Source: Rickettsiales bacterium (GTDB lineage: Bacteria > Pseudomonadota > Alphaproteobacteria > Rickettsiales > JBIKYU01). Taken from it: a stretch of DNA of 64,000 bases. Of the stretch, positions 1-9,421 are shown piece after piece. The DNA is taken from assembly GCA_044355085.1 (NCBI GenBank), contig JBIKYU010000002.1:634-64633 (forward strand), read 5' to 3'. Numbering within the stretch: the first letter of the stretch is position 1; every line of letters starts with the position of its first letter. The notes beneath the pieces are model-generated. The model did no database searches and was not told the origin of the DNA. It saw only the letters and a program-made list of their open reading frames with translations. Position numbers and translations under genes: made by a program.

Positions 1-166
1 GAAATACTAAAAGAGTAGGGATGCTGAATAACGTAGCCGTAATAAGGCTCCGAGTTCCTCTTCTAAAGACTCTCTCTTCTTGCGTCTATTTTTTGATTTC
101 AAGTTTTGGTGATCCAGAAAATTACCAAAAGGGATGTTTTATGCCCATGTTTTCACATCATGTTCC

Positions 167-520
167 TTATTTTGCCATTTTAGGGTCATGAGCAGCGATA
201 GCTTTGTGCGCCGGGACATTCTTCAAAAGATTGAACAAATCGATATTTAAGTAAAAATTCTCTTTCCCGATTTTCAGCTTGATAAGCAAGCCAAGCTTCA
301 CAAGTTCTTCCAAATATTTAGCAGCCGTTTTTCTTTTGATACCCAGCTCGTTTTCAACAAATGAAATTTTTGTATAGGGATGATTAAACAAGTTATTGAG
401 CAAATCTTGGGAGTAGATCTTCGGCAATTTACTTCGCAATATGGCTTTGGATTCAAAATCACATGCGAGCGGAAATATCGGAATAGCATAATTGCTTCGC
501 AGCACAGACGCACCTTCCAA
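167..520 (-). pseudogene. Fic/DOC-family protein remnant (C-terminal winged-helix part only)
   Basis: The C-terminal ~70 aa of this 117-aa ORF (NHPYTKISFVENELGIKRKTAAKYLEELVKLGLL..GKENFYLN) resemble the tail of long Fic proteins. The catalytic HPFxxGNGR core is absent, and there is no room for it because tRNA-Ser lies 60 bp upstream. Confidence 0.45.
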
Positions 521-579
521 AGAGGCTTGGTTTCTCTATGAGAAATCGGACATTCTCGGATGCTACAAAACAGAAGAAA

Positions 580-671
580 TGGCGGATGGGGTGAGATTCG
601 AACTCACGGAGGACTTGCGCCCTCGTCGGTTTTCAAGACCGGTGCCTTAAACCGCTCGGCCACCCATCCGC
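580..671 (-). tRNA. tRNA-Ser (anticodon UGA) with encoded CCA
   Basis: The reverse complement reads GCGGATG...CATCCGCCA. It has a 7-bp acceptor stem, anticodon loop CTTGAAA, a long variable arm (CGAGGGCGCAAGTCCTCCG) and a GTTCGAATC T-loop. Confidence 0.93.
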
Positions 672-843
672 ATTTTGTAAGGGGCGGCCTTCTAGCAGAA
701 GCCTACGCGTAGCGCAAGTCAAAGGCTTACCCAAAAATGCAGGTTTTTAAAAAATCCTGCTGTTTTTTATATAACTATGTAGATTTAGTGGACAAAACCA
801 AGAAAGATTGCCCTCTCCCGCCCATCATATTTTCGTAATCCCA

Positions 844-1425
844 TTATTTGCTCGGCTTAATTTGACAAAAACTTTTGCTCGCGCCTGAGCGATTCCACGG
901 CATTTTTGCCAGCAATATTGCCAATCCACAGAAACCTGTTATGCCAGCAAACACAAGCCCTAAGCCGATCACAGCCGTCAGCAGAAAAAATATTGGCGCG
1001 ATTAAATATCCCAGCGCGCAAAATAATAACAACATGCCGCCAATCGTAACCTGAACTTGCCGCCCTAAAGGTAGAATCTTTTTTGCTGAAGATTCAACCG
1101 CAAAGCCAGCTTCCCCCCACGCGGTAATTCCACCTTCAAGATTATAAATTTCCAGATTTTCATCTTCTGCCAATAATTTTTCGCAAGCACGACCTCCGCG
1201 ACCACCGCCGCGACAATGCATAACTAATTTTTTACCCGCAAGATCAGGCAAATTTTGGCGCTTCAAATTACCAAGCGGCACAAATAACGAACCAGGAATC
1301 GATGCTTCCGCGCGCTCGACTGCCTCCCGCACATCGACCAGAACCGCCATTTCTGTATCAAGCCACGATTTTAATGTCTTCACATCGATCATTTTAAAAG
1401 CCACATAAACTCCTTGCTGTTTCAT
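844..1425 (-). CDS. Rhodanese-domain sulfurtransferase with C-terminal two-TM DUF2892/YgaP-type tail
   Basis: Active-site loop HCRGGGRG in a rhodanese fold, followed by a hydrophobic tail ending GITGFCGLAILLAKMPWN. The start could instead be the internal MIDVKTL. Confidence 0.8.
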   Translation of the reverse strand: MKQQGVYVAFKMIDVKTLKSWLDTEMAVLVDVREAVERAEASIPGSLFVPLGNLKRQNLPDLAGKKLVMHCRGGGRGGRACEKLLAEDENLEIYNLEGGITAWGEAGFAVESSAKKILPLGRQVQVTIGGMLLLFCALGYLIAPIFFLLTAVIGLGLVFAGITGFCGLAILLAKMPWNRSGASKSFCQIKPSK

Positions 1426-1484
1426 AATTTTTTTTCAGATATATATTTTTCAATCAATCAAACAGCAAAAATCTGCGAAGAAAA

Positions 1485-2261
1485 ATGCTCACATTAATTA
1501 CTGCCAAAAGCCGCTCTGAGAGCGCGAAAAGAAAAATAGCGCAACATTCTCAAACCTCCATGAGAAAAGCATATTTAAATGGCGGCGCAGTAAACCTAAG
1601 AAATAGATTTGCTATCAACAAACTATTGCCTCTGTCACTTATGCTGCTGATGACTTCTGGCTGTACAGCGCAAGATACGCCTTGGTTGAAGGAAGTTTTT
1701 TGGCTGATTTTGCTTTCTTCGAGTTTGTTTTTCTATATCCGCACACAGCCAGGAACCGTGCTTAAATCTCTGCTAATTTGGGCCGTTATTATAATTTTTT
1801 TCGTACTGGTTTATAGCTTCCGCGATATTGGTACAATATTACAAAATCGCTTGTCAGCAGAACTTTTCCCAACGCATGCACGCAATATTGATGAAAAAAC
1901 TATCGCGCTGAAACGCGCTCAAGATGGGCATTTCCACGTGCGCACAACCATCAACAACAAAGAAGTAGAAATGCTGGTTGATACAGGCGCAACTATTGTT
2001 CTGCTCGATTATAAAACTGCAAAAAATTTGGGCATTGATGTGGAGAATTTAAAATTCAGCAGCGAATTTCAAACCGCAAACGGCATCAGTTACGGCGCAG
2101 CAATTCGAATCAGAGAAATACAAATTGAAAATATAGTTTTAAACGATGTGCGTGCAGCTGTAACCCGCGCAGATATTGGCTCACAGCTATTTGGTATGAG
2201 TGCTTTATCAAAATTTTATCGCTATGAAATAAAAGGAGATACTCTGACTTTATACCAATAA
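1485..2261 (+). CDS. Membrane-anchored retropepsin-like (clan AA, TIGR02281-type) aspartic protease
   Basis: Catalytic VDTGAT motif in the C-terminal domain, preceded by hydrophobic segments. The start codon is uncertain. Confidence 0.7.
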   Translation: MLTLITAKSRSESAKRKIAQHSQTSMRKAYLNGGAVNLRNRFAINKLLPLSLMLLMTSGCTAQDTPWLKEVFWLILLSSSLFFYIRTQPGTVLKSLLIWAVIIIFFVLVYSFRDIGTILQNRLSAELFPTHARNIDEKTIALKRAQDGHFHVRTTINNKEVEMLVDTGATIVLLDYKTAKNLGIDVENLKFSSEFQTANGISYGAAIRIREIQIENIVLNDVRAAVTRADIGSQLFGMSALSKFYRYEIKGDTLTLYQ

Positions 2262-2525
2262 AAAAATTTCTCTTCTATCGCTTGGCACGAAAAATCTCAG
2301 AAAGCGGCGCGACACTTCAAGCAATATAAATCTGCGCTGCTTTAAAAGCAGTTGCAGAGAGTTCTCCTACCATCTCCCGTATATTTGCAAACTATATTTC
2401 TAAGAATTTGCAAAGTACGAAACAAAAATGCAGCGGCTTACGTGGATCAGAAAAAAACAGATAAATTCAAAGAAGATTTATATCGTTTTATGCGCGAATA
2501 ATTACCCGAGAATATGGCTTGAGAC

Positions 2526-3107
2526 TCAAGGATTTTCAAAATGCTTTCTTGCCGCTTTGAAATATGCATAGCCAGTAACAACCGTAAGAACGGCGGAAAC
2601 CCAGAGCAGTATGCGCCCGAGTAATTCTGTCAAAGACATCTTCACCACATGCTCAACTTCGTCCAAACTCGGGCCTTCTATTCCCCACAACAACAAAAAA
2701 AGCGCAGCCATTTGCGTTGCCGTTTTTATTTTTGCCAGACGCGAAACAGGAACACTAATTCGCAATTCCGCCAGAAATTCTCGCAAGCCAGAAACTAAAA
2801 TCTCACGACATAAAATTGTTACCGCGGCTAACACTTCAAAACGGCCAATACTTCCAACATGCACCAACATTACAATCGCTGCTGCCACTATTAATTTATC
2901 CGCTATTGGGTCAAGAAATCTGCCAAAACTACTTTGCACCTTCATCGCCCGCGCCAAATAGCCATCGAAAAAATCAGTAATGCTTGCTAGCAAAAATAAG
3001 CTTGCTGCAATCCAGTGATAGAGCTTGCTTTCCAAATAAAATGACGCAATCAAAATTGGAATAATCGCAATTCGCGACAAAGTTAGAATATTTGGTAATT
3101 GCCGCAT
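2526..3107 (-). CDS. pgsA: CDP-diacylglycerol--glycerol-3-phosphate 3-phosphatidyltransferase
   Basis: CDP-alcohol phosphatidyltransferase motif DGYLAR...GRFLDPIADK, with PgsA size and TM pattern. Confidence 0.88.
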   Translation of the reverse strand: MRQLPNILTLSRIAIIPILIASFYLESKLYHWIAASLFLLASITDFFDGYLARAMKVQSSFGRFLDPIADKLIVAAAIVMLVHVGSIGRFEVLAAVTILCREILVSGLREFLAELRISVPVSRLAKIKTATQMAALFLLLWGIEGPSLDEVEHVVKMSLTELLGRILLWVSAVLTVVTGYAYFKAARKHFENP

Positions 3108-3125
3108 AAGATTTTTTCTCCAAAA

Positions 3126-4922
3126 TTATCTTACAAAAACGTATGTTCCAGGCGCTTTTCCTAGCGTCGGTTCAATTCTTTTAACTGGAATTTCTGCGCC
3201 AGAATGCAAGCCAAGCCAGCCCTCCCAATGCTCCCACCAAGAACCAGAACAAGGCTCTGCACAAGCCAACCAATCTGCAGCTGATGCATAATATTTTTCA
3301 TTGGTTAAATAGCCATATTTTTTCCGCGCTGGCGGATTAACAACTCCGCCAACATGTCCAGAACCGCTCAACACAAACGTAAACTGCGTACGCAAATTTG
3401 CAAGCGCCGCATAAGTTGATTGCCAAGGCGCGATGTGATCTTCCCGCGTTGAGAGAAAATAACAAGGCACATCGATTTTGCGAATATCTATCGGCACGCC
3501 CGCTAATTTTATTTCATTTGGAACAATCAAAGCATTATTCAAATACATCTGCCGCAGATAGAAAGCATGCGCCTTTGCAGGCATGCGCGTTGAATCAGCA
3601 TTCCAGTATAAAATATCAAACGGAAAAGGTTCTCTGCCAAGCAAATAATTATTCACCACATAAGACCAAATCATGTCATTAGCGCGCAGCGAGCTAAACA
3701 CCGCGGACATTTCCGCGCCGTCCATATACCCCCTGCTCTGCATTTTTGCTTCCACACGCTCAACATGCGCATCATCAATAAACAAGCCTAAATCACCAGG
3801 ATTGGCGAAATCAATCAATGTCGTAAGAAAGCTTGCCGACTCGACCAAATGGCTTTGTTTTTTTACCGCCAAGTAAGCCAGCGCGCATGTAAGTAAAGTG
3901 CCGCCCAAGCAATAGCCCAGCAAATTTGCCTTCTCCTGACCACTAATGTGCAAAACCTGCTCCAGCGCCTTCAGCAAGCCTTCCGTTAGATAATCTTCAA
4001 ATGCCACATCGCGGAGTTCCGCATCAGGATTCACCCAAGAAATCATGAAAACATTGTAGCCAGCCTCAGCCAACCAACGCACAAAAGAATTTTCCTTGGA
4101 GAGATCAAGAATATAAAATTTATTTATCCAGGCAGGAATTATAAGCAGCGGCGTCTTGCGCACTTTGTCTGTCTTTGGCGCATAATGCAGCAGCTCGAAC
4201 AAATGATTGCGAAACACCACCACACCTTCCGTTGTGGCAATATTTTCTCCTAATCTAAAAGAGCCTTGATCGGCGGTGCTAATCTGAAAACTGCTGCTGC
4301 TTTTTTGCATATCAGCAATCATATTATTCAAGCCTTTGACTAAATTTTCACCATGCGAATCCAACGTTGCTTTCATAACTTCTGGATTAGTAATGGCGAA
4401 ATTAGCAGGCGAGAGCGCATCAATTGATTGACGCACATAAAAAGCCAAGCGCCTTGCGGTTTTCTCATCAACTCCTTCAAGATTTTCGACCACTTTTTCT
4501 GCCCAATTTGCCGTCAGCAAATAAGTTTGACGAATCCAATCAAAGACAAAATTTTCTTGCCAAGTTTCATCGCGAAAACGCCGATCTTTCGGATCAGAAG
4601 CATAAACAGGTTCTGAAGTTTCTCCCCAAAATCTGCCCCAAATATTTCCCCAAATTTTCATTGCATCAGTTGCGTAATCAACCTGCAAACGCCAGAGCTG
4701 CTCTGGATTTTGATGCGCCACATGCACAAGCAAACTCTGCCATAATTCAAAGCTCTCCATTTCCTGCGGCAATAAACTTCCGTCTAACTGCCGACGAAAA
4801 ATCTCCTGCCATAATTTTGGTGCAAGCGTAACCATTTTGCTGATTTGCTCGACTCCTGGCAGCAACAACGATTCGTTATTTTCCAGATTCATTTTTTTTC
4901 CCAACCCATTCATTTTCTGCAT
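3126..4922 (-). CDS. phaC: Class I poly(3-hydroxyalkanoate) synthase
   Basis: About 590 aa with lipase-box GYCLGG and the PhaC-type alpha/beta core. Alternative starts at 4913 or 4892 would shorten the 47-bp overlap with serB. Confidence 0.88.
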   Translation of the reverse strand: MQKMNGLGKKMNLENNESLLLPGVEQISKMVTLAPKLWQEIFRRQLDGSLLPQEMESFELWQSLLVHVAHQNPEQLWRLQVDYATDAMKIWGNIWGRFWGETSEPVYASDPKDRRFRDETWQENFVFDWIRQTYLLTANWAEKVVENLEGVDEKTARRLAFYVRQSIDALSPANFAITNPEVMKATLDSHGENLVKGLNNMIADMQKSSSSFQISTADQGSFRLGENIATTEGVVVFRNHLFELLHYAPKTDKVRKTPLLIIPAWINKFYILDLSKENSFVRWLAEAGYNVFMISWVNPDAELRDVAFEDYLTEGLLKALEQVLHISGQEKANLLGYCLGGTLLTCALAYLAVKKQSHLVESASFLTTLIDFANPGDLGLFIDDAHVERVEAKMQSRGYMDGAEMSAVFSSLRANDMIWSYVVNNYLLGREPFPFDILYWNADSTRMPAKAHAFYLRQMYLNNALIVPNEIKLAGVPIDIRKIDVPCYFLSTREDHIAPWQSTYAALANLRTQFTFVLSGSGHVGGVVNPPARKKYGYLTNEKYYASAADWLACAEPCSGSWWEHWEGWLGLHSGAEIPVKRIEPTLGKAPGTYVFVR

Positions 4923-5796
4923 AGCCTTGAAAAAACAGCGCCGCAGTCAAATCAGTATAATTTATCTGCGCGCGCAAAACCTCTTGCAGAGCAGGTTTCG
5001 CGTAATACGCCACACCAAGCCCCGCCGCTTGTAACATGGGCAAATCATTTGCACCATCACCAAGAGCAATAATTTCTGCCGCGTCTAAATTTTGTTCTGT
5101 TTGATATTTACGCAAGAATTCCACTTTGCTTTGTTTATCAAGAATTGGCAACTGCACATTACCAGTTAATTTACCTGCAGAAATTTCCAGCTCATTCGCG
5201 TGCTGCGCGTGGAAACCAGCTTCTTGCGCCACTTTTTCTGTGAAAAAAGTAAAGCCCCCGGAAACTAAAACGCATTTAGCCCCATTTGCCGCCATAGTTT
5301 TTACTAAACATTCAGCGCCCTTATTCAGCCGAATTCGCTCTTGATAAACTTGCAAAAGCGCAGCTTCAGGCAAATCTTTAAGCAGCGCCACGCGCTCATT
5401 CAGCGCAGTATTAAAATCAAGCTCTCCGCACATTGCGCGCTCGGTTATTTCTGCGACTTTTGCTTTGATCCCAACTTTATCCGCCAATTCATCGATACAT
5501 TCCTGACCAATTATTGTTGAATCCATATCTGAAATCAGAAGTTTTTTCTTTCGCGCTAGAACTGGCTGAATCAGCCAATCACAAGGCGCGTCTTTTAATC
5601 GTTCGCTGATTTTTAAATATGCTTCCTCCGCCTCGATCTCACTCCAGAAAATATCACAAGCGCGATCCTCGCCCAACCAGCTGAGTTTTTGCACTCTGCC
5701 GCCTTTGCGCTCCAGCGTTTGAATTACTCGATTGAGAAAAACATCATCTAACTTTAAAACGCTAGGATTCGTGACAATCGTCAAAACAAAAGACAT
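4876..5796 (-). CDS. serB: Phosphoserine phosphatase
   Basis: HAD motif I DMDSTIIGQECIDELA and C-terminal GDGANDLPM. Confidence 0.88.
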   Translation of the reverse strand: MSFVLTIVTNPSVLKLDDVFLNRVIQTLERKGGRVQKLSWLGEDRACDIFWSEIEAEEAYLKISERLKDAPCDWLIQPVLARKKKLLISDMDSTIIGQECIDELADKVGIKAKVAEITERAMCGELDFNTALNERVALLKDLPEAALLQVYQERIRLNKGAECLVKTMAANGAKCVLVSGGFTFFTEKVAQEAGFHAQHANELEISAGKLTGNVQLPILDKQSKVEFLRKYQTEQNLDAAEIIALGDGANDLPMLQAAGLGVAYYAKPALQEVLRAQINYTDLTAALFFQGYAENEWVGKKNESGK

Positions 5797-5819
5797 AAAA
5801 TATATCTACCTAAATTTTA

Positions 5820-6764
5820 GTGGAAATTTTAAGCGTGACTTCCCCGAATATCATCATACTAACTGGACCAACTGCCAGCGGCAAATCCGCGCTGGCCCTG
5901 GCTATAGCACAGCACCTTCCCTGTGTCATCCTCAATGCCGATTCGCAACAAGTTTACCGAGAATTACCTATTCTATCGGCGCAACCAAGCAAAGCTGAGC
6001 AACAACAAACTCCGCATCGACTTTATAGCTACTTGAGCGCCAATGATATTTGCACCGCCGCGCGCTGGTTGGGTGATGTAATTCCTGAAATCCACAATGC
6101 CTGGAATGCAAATATTCTGCCGATTTTAGTCGGTGGAACTGGCATGTATATCAAAAGCCTAATGCAAGGACTCGCAGAAATTCCTGCTGTTGCTCCAGAA
6201 ATATTGCAGCAGCTTATTTTGCGCGCACAAAATGAAGGACCAGAAATTCTCCATCGCGAGCTAGAAAAATTTGACCCAGAAATCGCCGCCAAGCTGAAAC
6301 TCCGCGATCAGCAACGCATCATTCGCGCACTCAGTGTTTTTCTTTCCACCCAAAAACCGCTCTCTTATTGGCAGAAAAAGCCAGTTTTGAAACCTTTGCC
6401 ACAAGCGAATTGGCAGCTTTTTGCGCTCTGCCCCGAGCGCCAACTTCTCTATCAACAAGCTGAAACACGTTTCGACAAAATGCTTGAAGACGGCGCAATT
6501 GAAGAAGTTAAATCTCTGGCGCAATTAAATCTAAATCCAGAAAAACCGATTTTGAAATCACATGGTGTTCCTGAAATTTCAGCCTATCTCGCTGGCCATC
6601 TCAGCCTTGATGCGATGAAAGAACAAGCCATTCGCAATGTTCGCCATTACATAAAACGCCAACTAACTTGGATTCGCCAACAATGGAGCCAAGACTCTGT
6701 CAGCACTTCTGCCGAATCTATCATTGAGAAAATCATTAAAAATCAAAACAAGCTGTTGACCTAA
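5820..6764 (+). CDS. miaA: tRNA dimethylallyltransferase
   Basis: N-terminal P-loop GPTASGKSALA and MiaA-like length. The ORF track gives a GTG start. Confidence 0.88.
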   Translation: MEILSVTSPNIIILTGPTASGKSALALAIAQHLPCVILNADSQQVYRELPILSAQPSKAEQQQTPHRLYSYLSANDICTAARWLGDVIPEIHNAWNANILPILVGGTGMYIKSLMQGLAEIPAVAPEILQQLILRAQNEGPEILHRELEKFDPEIAAKLKLRDQQRIIRALSVFLSTQKPLSYWQKKPVLKPLPQANWQLFALCPERQLLYQQAETRFDKMLEDGAIEEVKSLAQLNLNPEKPILKSHGVPEISAYLAGHLSLDAMKEQAIRNVRHYIKRQLTWIRQQWSQDSVSTSAESIIEKIIKNQNKLLT

Positions 6765-6843
6765 ATGCTTGGCCTTCTTAGAATCTCGGCCACTTTTATA
6801 GTGATTCATGAAATAATTTAGCTAAAAAACTGACGCAAACATC

Positions 6844-8595
6844 ATGGAAATTTCTGGCGCTGCTATTGTTATAAAAAGCCTCATCGACGCAGGCGTAGAC
6901 ACGATTTTCGGCTATCCAGGCGGAGCGGTGCTGCCGATTTACGACGAAATTTTCAAGCAAAATCACATTCGCCATATTCTCGTTCGTCACGAACAAGCAG
7001 CCGTTCACGCCGCTGAAGGCTATGCGCGCTCAACTGGCAAAGTTGGCGTTGTTCTTGTAACTTCAGGACCAGGCGCAACCAATGCCATAACTGGCTTAAC
7101 CGACGCCTTGCTAGATAGCATTCCAATTATTTGTCTGACTGGACAAGTTCCAACCTACTTAATTGGCAGCGATGCTTTTCAGGAAGCCGACACTGTAGGC
7201 CTAACTCGCCCCTGTACCAAACATAATTATCTCGTCAAAAATGTTGATGCGATTGAGCGCACCATAAAAGAAGCTTTCTACATCGCGCGCTCTGGCCGCC
7301 CTGGCCCTGTTGTTGTTGATTTACCAAAAGATACACAAAATCTAAAAACCACCTATCGTGATATAAAAATCAACTCGCGCCCATCCTATCGTCCAGCCTT
7401 TACCGCTGATGATTCGCTGATTGACGCTGCACTTGATCAACTCACAAAAGCTAAGCGCCCTGTGGTTTACAGCGGCGGAGGCATAATTAATTCTGGCCCG
7501 AGAGCAGCAGAATTACTAACTGAATTCGTACGCCTTACTGGCTTCCCCATCACCAGCACTTTAATGGGACTTGGTGCCTATCCCGCCGATGACCCGCAAT
7601 TCCTCAACATGCTTGGCATGCACGGCTCTTGTGAGGCGAACATGGCGATGGCACGCTGTGACGTTATGCTGAATTTAGGCGCGCGCTTTGATGACCGCGT
7701 TACAGGCAAACTCTCGAATTTCTCGCCTGATTCTTTCAAAATTCATGTCGATATTGATAAATCCTCAATCAACAAAACCGTCCCTGTACAATTAGGCATT
7801 GTTGGCGATGTTGGCTATGTACTCGAGCGCATGATCCAAAAATGGCGCGAGCGCAATCTTAGCGTCGATAAAAAATCTCTGGAGCAATGGTGGGAGCAAA
7901 TCAAAATTTGGCGCGCGCGCAATAGTTTTTCTTACCGCCAATCTGGTGCGGTTATAAAACCACAATATGCGCTTGATCGCCTAAACAAAGCCTTGCATGA
8001 GCGCGGTGATTTTTTCATTTCTACCGATGTCGGCCAGCACCAAATGTGGGCGGCGCAATATCTGCAATTTAATTCGCCGAATCGCTGGATGACTTCTGGC
8101 GGGCTTGGAACCATGGGCTACGGCCTACCTGCAGCCATTGGAACACAAATTGCCCATCCAGAAAAACCTGTTGTTTGCGTAACTGGCGAGGCTTCAATCC
8201 TGATGAATATTCACGAGCTCTCAACCGCGATTCAATATCGCCTGCCTGTCAAAATTTTTATTTTGAATAATCATTACATGGGAATGGTGCGCCAATGGCA
8301 GGAATTATTCCACGGCAATCGCCATTCTGAAAGCTACATGGATGCCTTGCCTGATTTCAGCAAGTTAGCCGCTGCTTTCGGCTGGACTGGCCTGCGCTGC
8401 GAAGATCCTGGGGAAGTTGATTCCGCAATCGAAACCATGATGAGCACTCCAGGCCCAGTAATTTTAGACATGTGGGTTGATCGCACAGAAAATGTTTACC
8501 CGATGATTCCTGCTGGCGCTGCGCATGATGAAATGGAATTCGGCCCCGAAGATAAAGTCGAAGTCGATAAAGCTGAAGCTAGTATGCAGGTATAA
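6844..8595 (+). CDS. ilvB: Acetolactate synthase (biosynthetic AHAS) large subunit
   Basis: ThDP-enzyme architecture with FGYPGGAVLPIYD near the N-terminus and the GGLGTMGYGLPAAIG ThDP-binding motif. It is followed directly by the small subunit. Confidence 0.93.
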   Translation: MEISGAAIVIKSLIDAGVDTIFGYPGGAVLPIYDEIFKQNHIRHILVRHEQAAVHAAEGYARSTGKVGVVLVTSGPGATNAITGLTDALLDSIPIICLTGQVPTYLIGSDAFQEADTVGLTRPCTKHNYLVKNVDAIERTIKEAFYIARSGRPGPVVVDLPKDTQNLKTTYRDIKINSRPSYRPAFTADDSLIDAALDQLTKAKRPVVYSGGGIINSGPRAAELLTEFVRLTGFPITSTLMGLGAYPADDPQFLNMLGMHGSCEANMAMARCDVMLNLGARFDDRVTGKLSNFSPDSFKIHVDIDKSSINKTVPVQLGIVGDVGYVLERMIQKWRERNLSVDKKSLEQWWEQIKIWRARNSFSYRQSGAVIKPQYALDRLNKALHERGDFFISTDVGQHQMWAAQYLQFNSPNRWMTSGGLGTMGYGLPAAIGTQIAHPEKPVVCVTGEASILMNIHELSTAIQYRLPVKIFILNNHYMGMVRQWQELFHGNRHSESYMDALPDFSKLAAAFGWTGLRCEDPGEVDSAIETMMSTPGPVILDMWVDRTENVYPMIPAGAAHDEMEFGPEDKVEVDKAEASMQV

Positions 8596-8597
8596 AA

Positions 8598-9116
8598 ATG
8601 TCCGCAAACAATCTTGACCCTAATGATCGCCATGTTTTATCGCTAATCGTTGATAACGAAGCTGGTGTTTTAATGCGTGTTGTTGGCATGTTTTCTGGTC
8701 GCGGTTACAACATTCACAGCCTTACTGTTTCTGAAATTGACAGCGAAAGAAACCTCTCCCGCATCACCATCGCAACTTATGCGCCAGATCGCGTAATCAA
8801 TCTTATGATTTCTCTTCTTGAGCGCTTAATACCTGTACATGAAGCAAAAGTTTTATCACGCGGTGCCACCTTTGTAGAGCGCGGACTGATTCTTTTGAAA
8901 GTATCTGCACCGAAGGAAAAGCGCGAAGAAGTTCTAGAACTTGCGCATCGCTTTCATGCGCAGGAAGTCGATTCCTCCCCAGATTCTTTCATTTTTGAAT
9001 TATCAGATATTACCGCAAAGCTTGATGAATTCATCGCTCTCATGCAGCCATATGGAATCATCGAACTAGCAAGAACAGGCATAACCGCCCTTATGCGCGG
9101 CACTGAAATTTCCTAA
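8598..9116 (+). CDS. ilvN: Acetolactate synthase small (regulatory) subunit
   Basis: ACT-domain start LSLIVDNEAGVLMRVVGMFSGRGYNI. The start lies 3 bp after the ilvB stop. Confidence 0.9.
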   Translation: MSANNLDPNDRHVLSLIVDNEAGVLMRVVGMFSGRGYNIHSLTVSEIDSERNLSRITIATYAPDRVINLMISLLERLIPVHEAKVLSRGATFVERGLILLKVSAPKEKREEVLELAHRFHAQEVDSSPDSFIFELSDITAKLDEFIALMQPYGIIELARTGITALMRGTEIS

Positions 9117-9380
9117 GTTGGTACAATTATTTTTGCTTGAGAAAAATTTTCTCTCAATAAAAAGCAAATCCTGAAAAAACAACCAGCAGAAAAAATAGCC
9201 AATCATGCTTACTATAGTTTTTGGTATGTGATTCCGACTCTGCCGATGTTTTTCTTTTTTCCGCATTTGCTTCAGCGCTTAGGCTTTTGGCCAACTATGG
9301 CCGCCTGTGTTTTTATCACTATATTTTGCTTCGGAATTTTTGCGCTGATTTTAAAAAGCTTCAACGTGAATTTATACTAA

Positions 9381-9421
9381 CTTCCGCGACGACTTCATGC
9401 AAAAAACATGCGATGGCAAGA
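9381..9421. repeat. Short dispersed repeat module (copy c1) abutting the glmS stop codon
   Basis: cttccGCGACGACTTCATGCAaaaaaCATGcgatggcaaga. It shares a 16-nt identity (GCGACGACTTCATGCA) with 11773-11788 and a tail similar to the right end of the 50707-50828 element. Confidence 0.6.

Noticed and set aside
4876-4922. A 47-bp overlap between the phaC start and the serB end, as a possible programmed feature.
   Set aside because: It is most simply explained by an over-long phaC start call. In-frame ATGs at 4913 and 4892 reduce the overlap to 17-38 bp, and PhaC N-termini are variable.
9131-9170. A long AT-rich hairpin after ilvN (TTTGCTT...AAGCAAA with an inner GAGAA/TTCTC) as a terminator.
   Set aside because: No U-tract follows on the plus strand, and the stem is interrupted by an asymmetric loop. 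This is too weak to annotate.
9228-9380. A possible 44-50-aa hydrophobic peptide (MFFFFPHLLQRLGFWPTMAACVFITIFCFGIFALILKSFNVNLY) in the ilvN-glmS spacer.
   Set aside because: It has no RBS and no evidence of conservation, and the T-rich sequence yields hydrophobic frames readily. The evidence is insufficient to call a gene.
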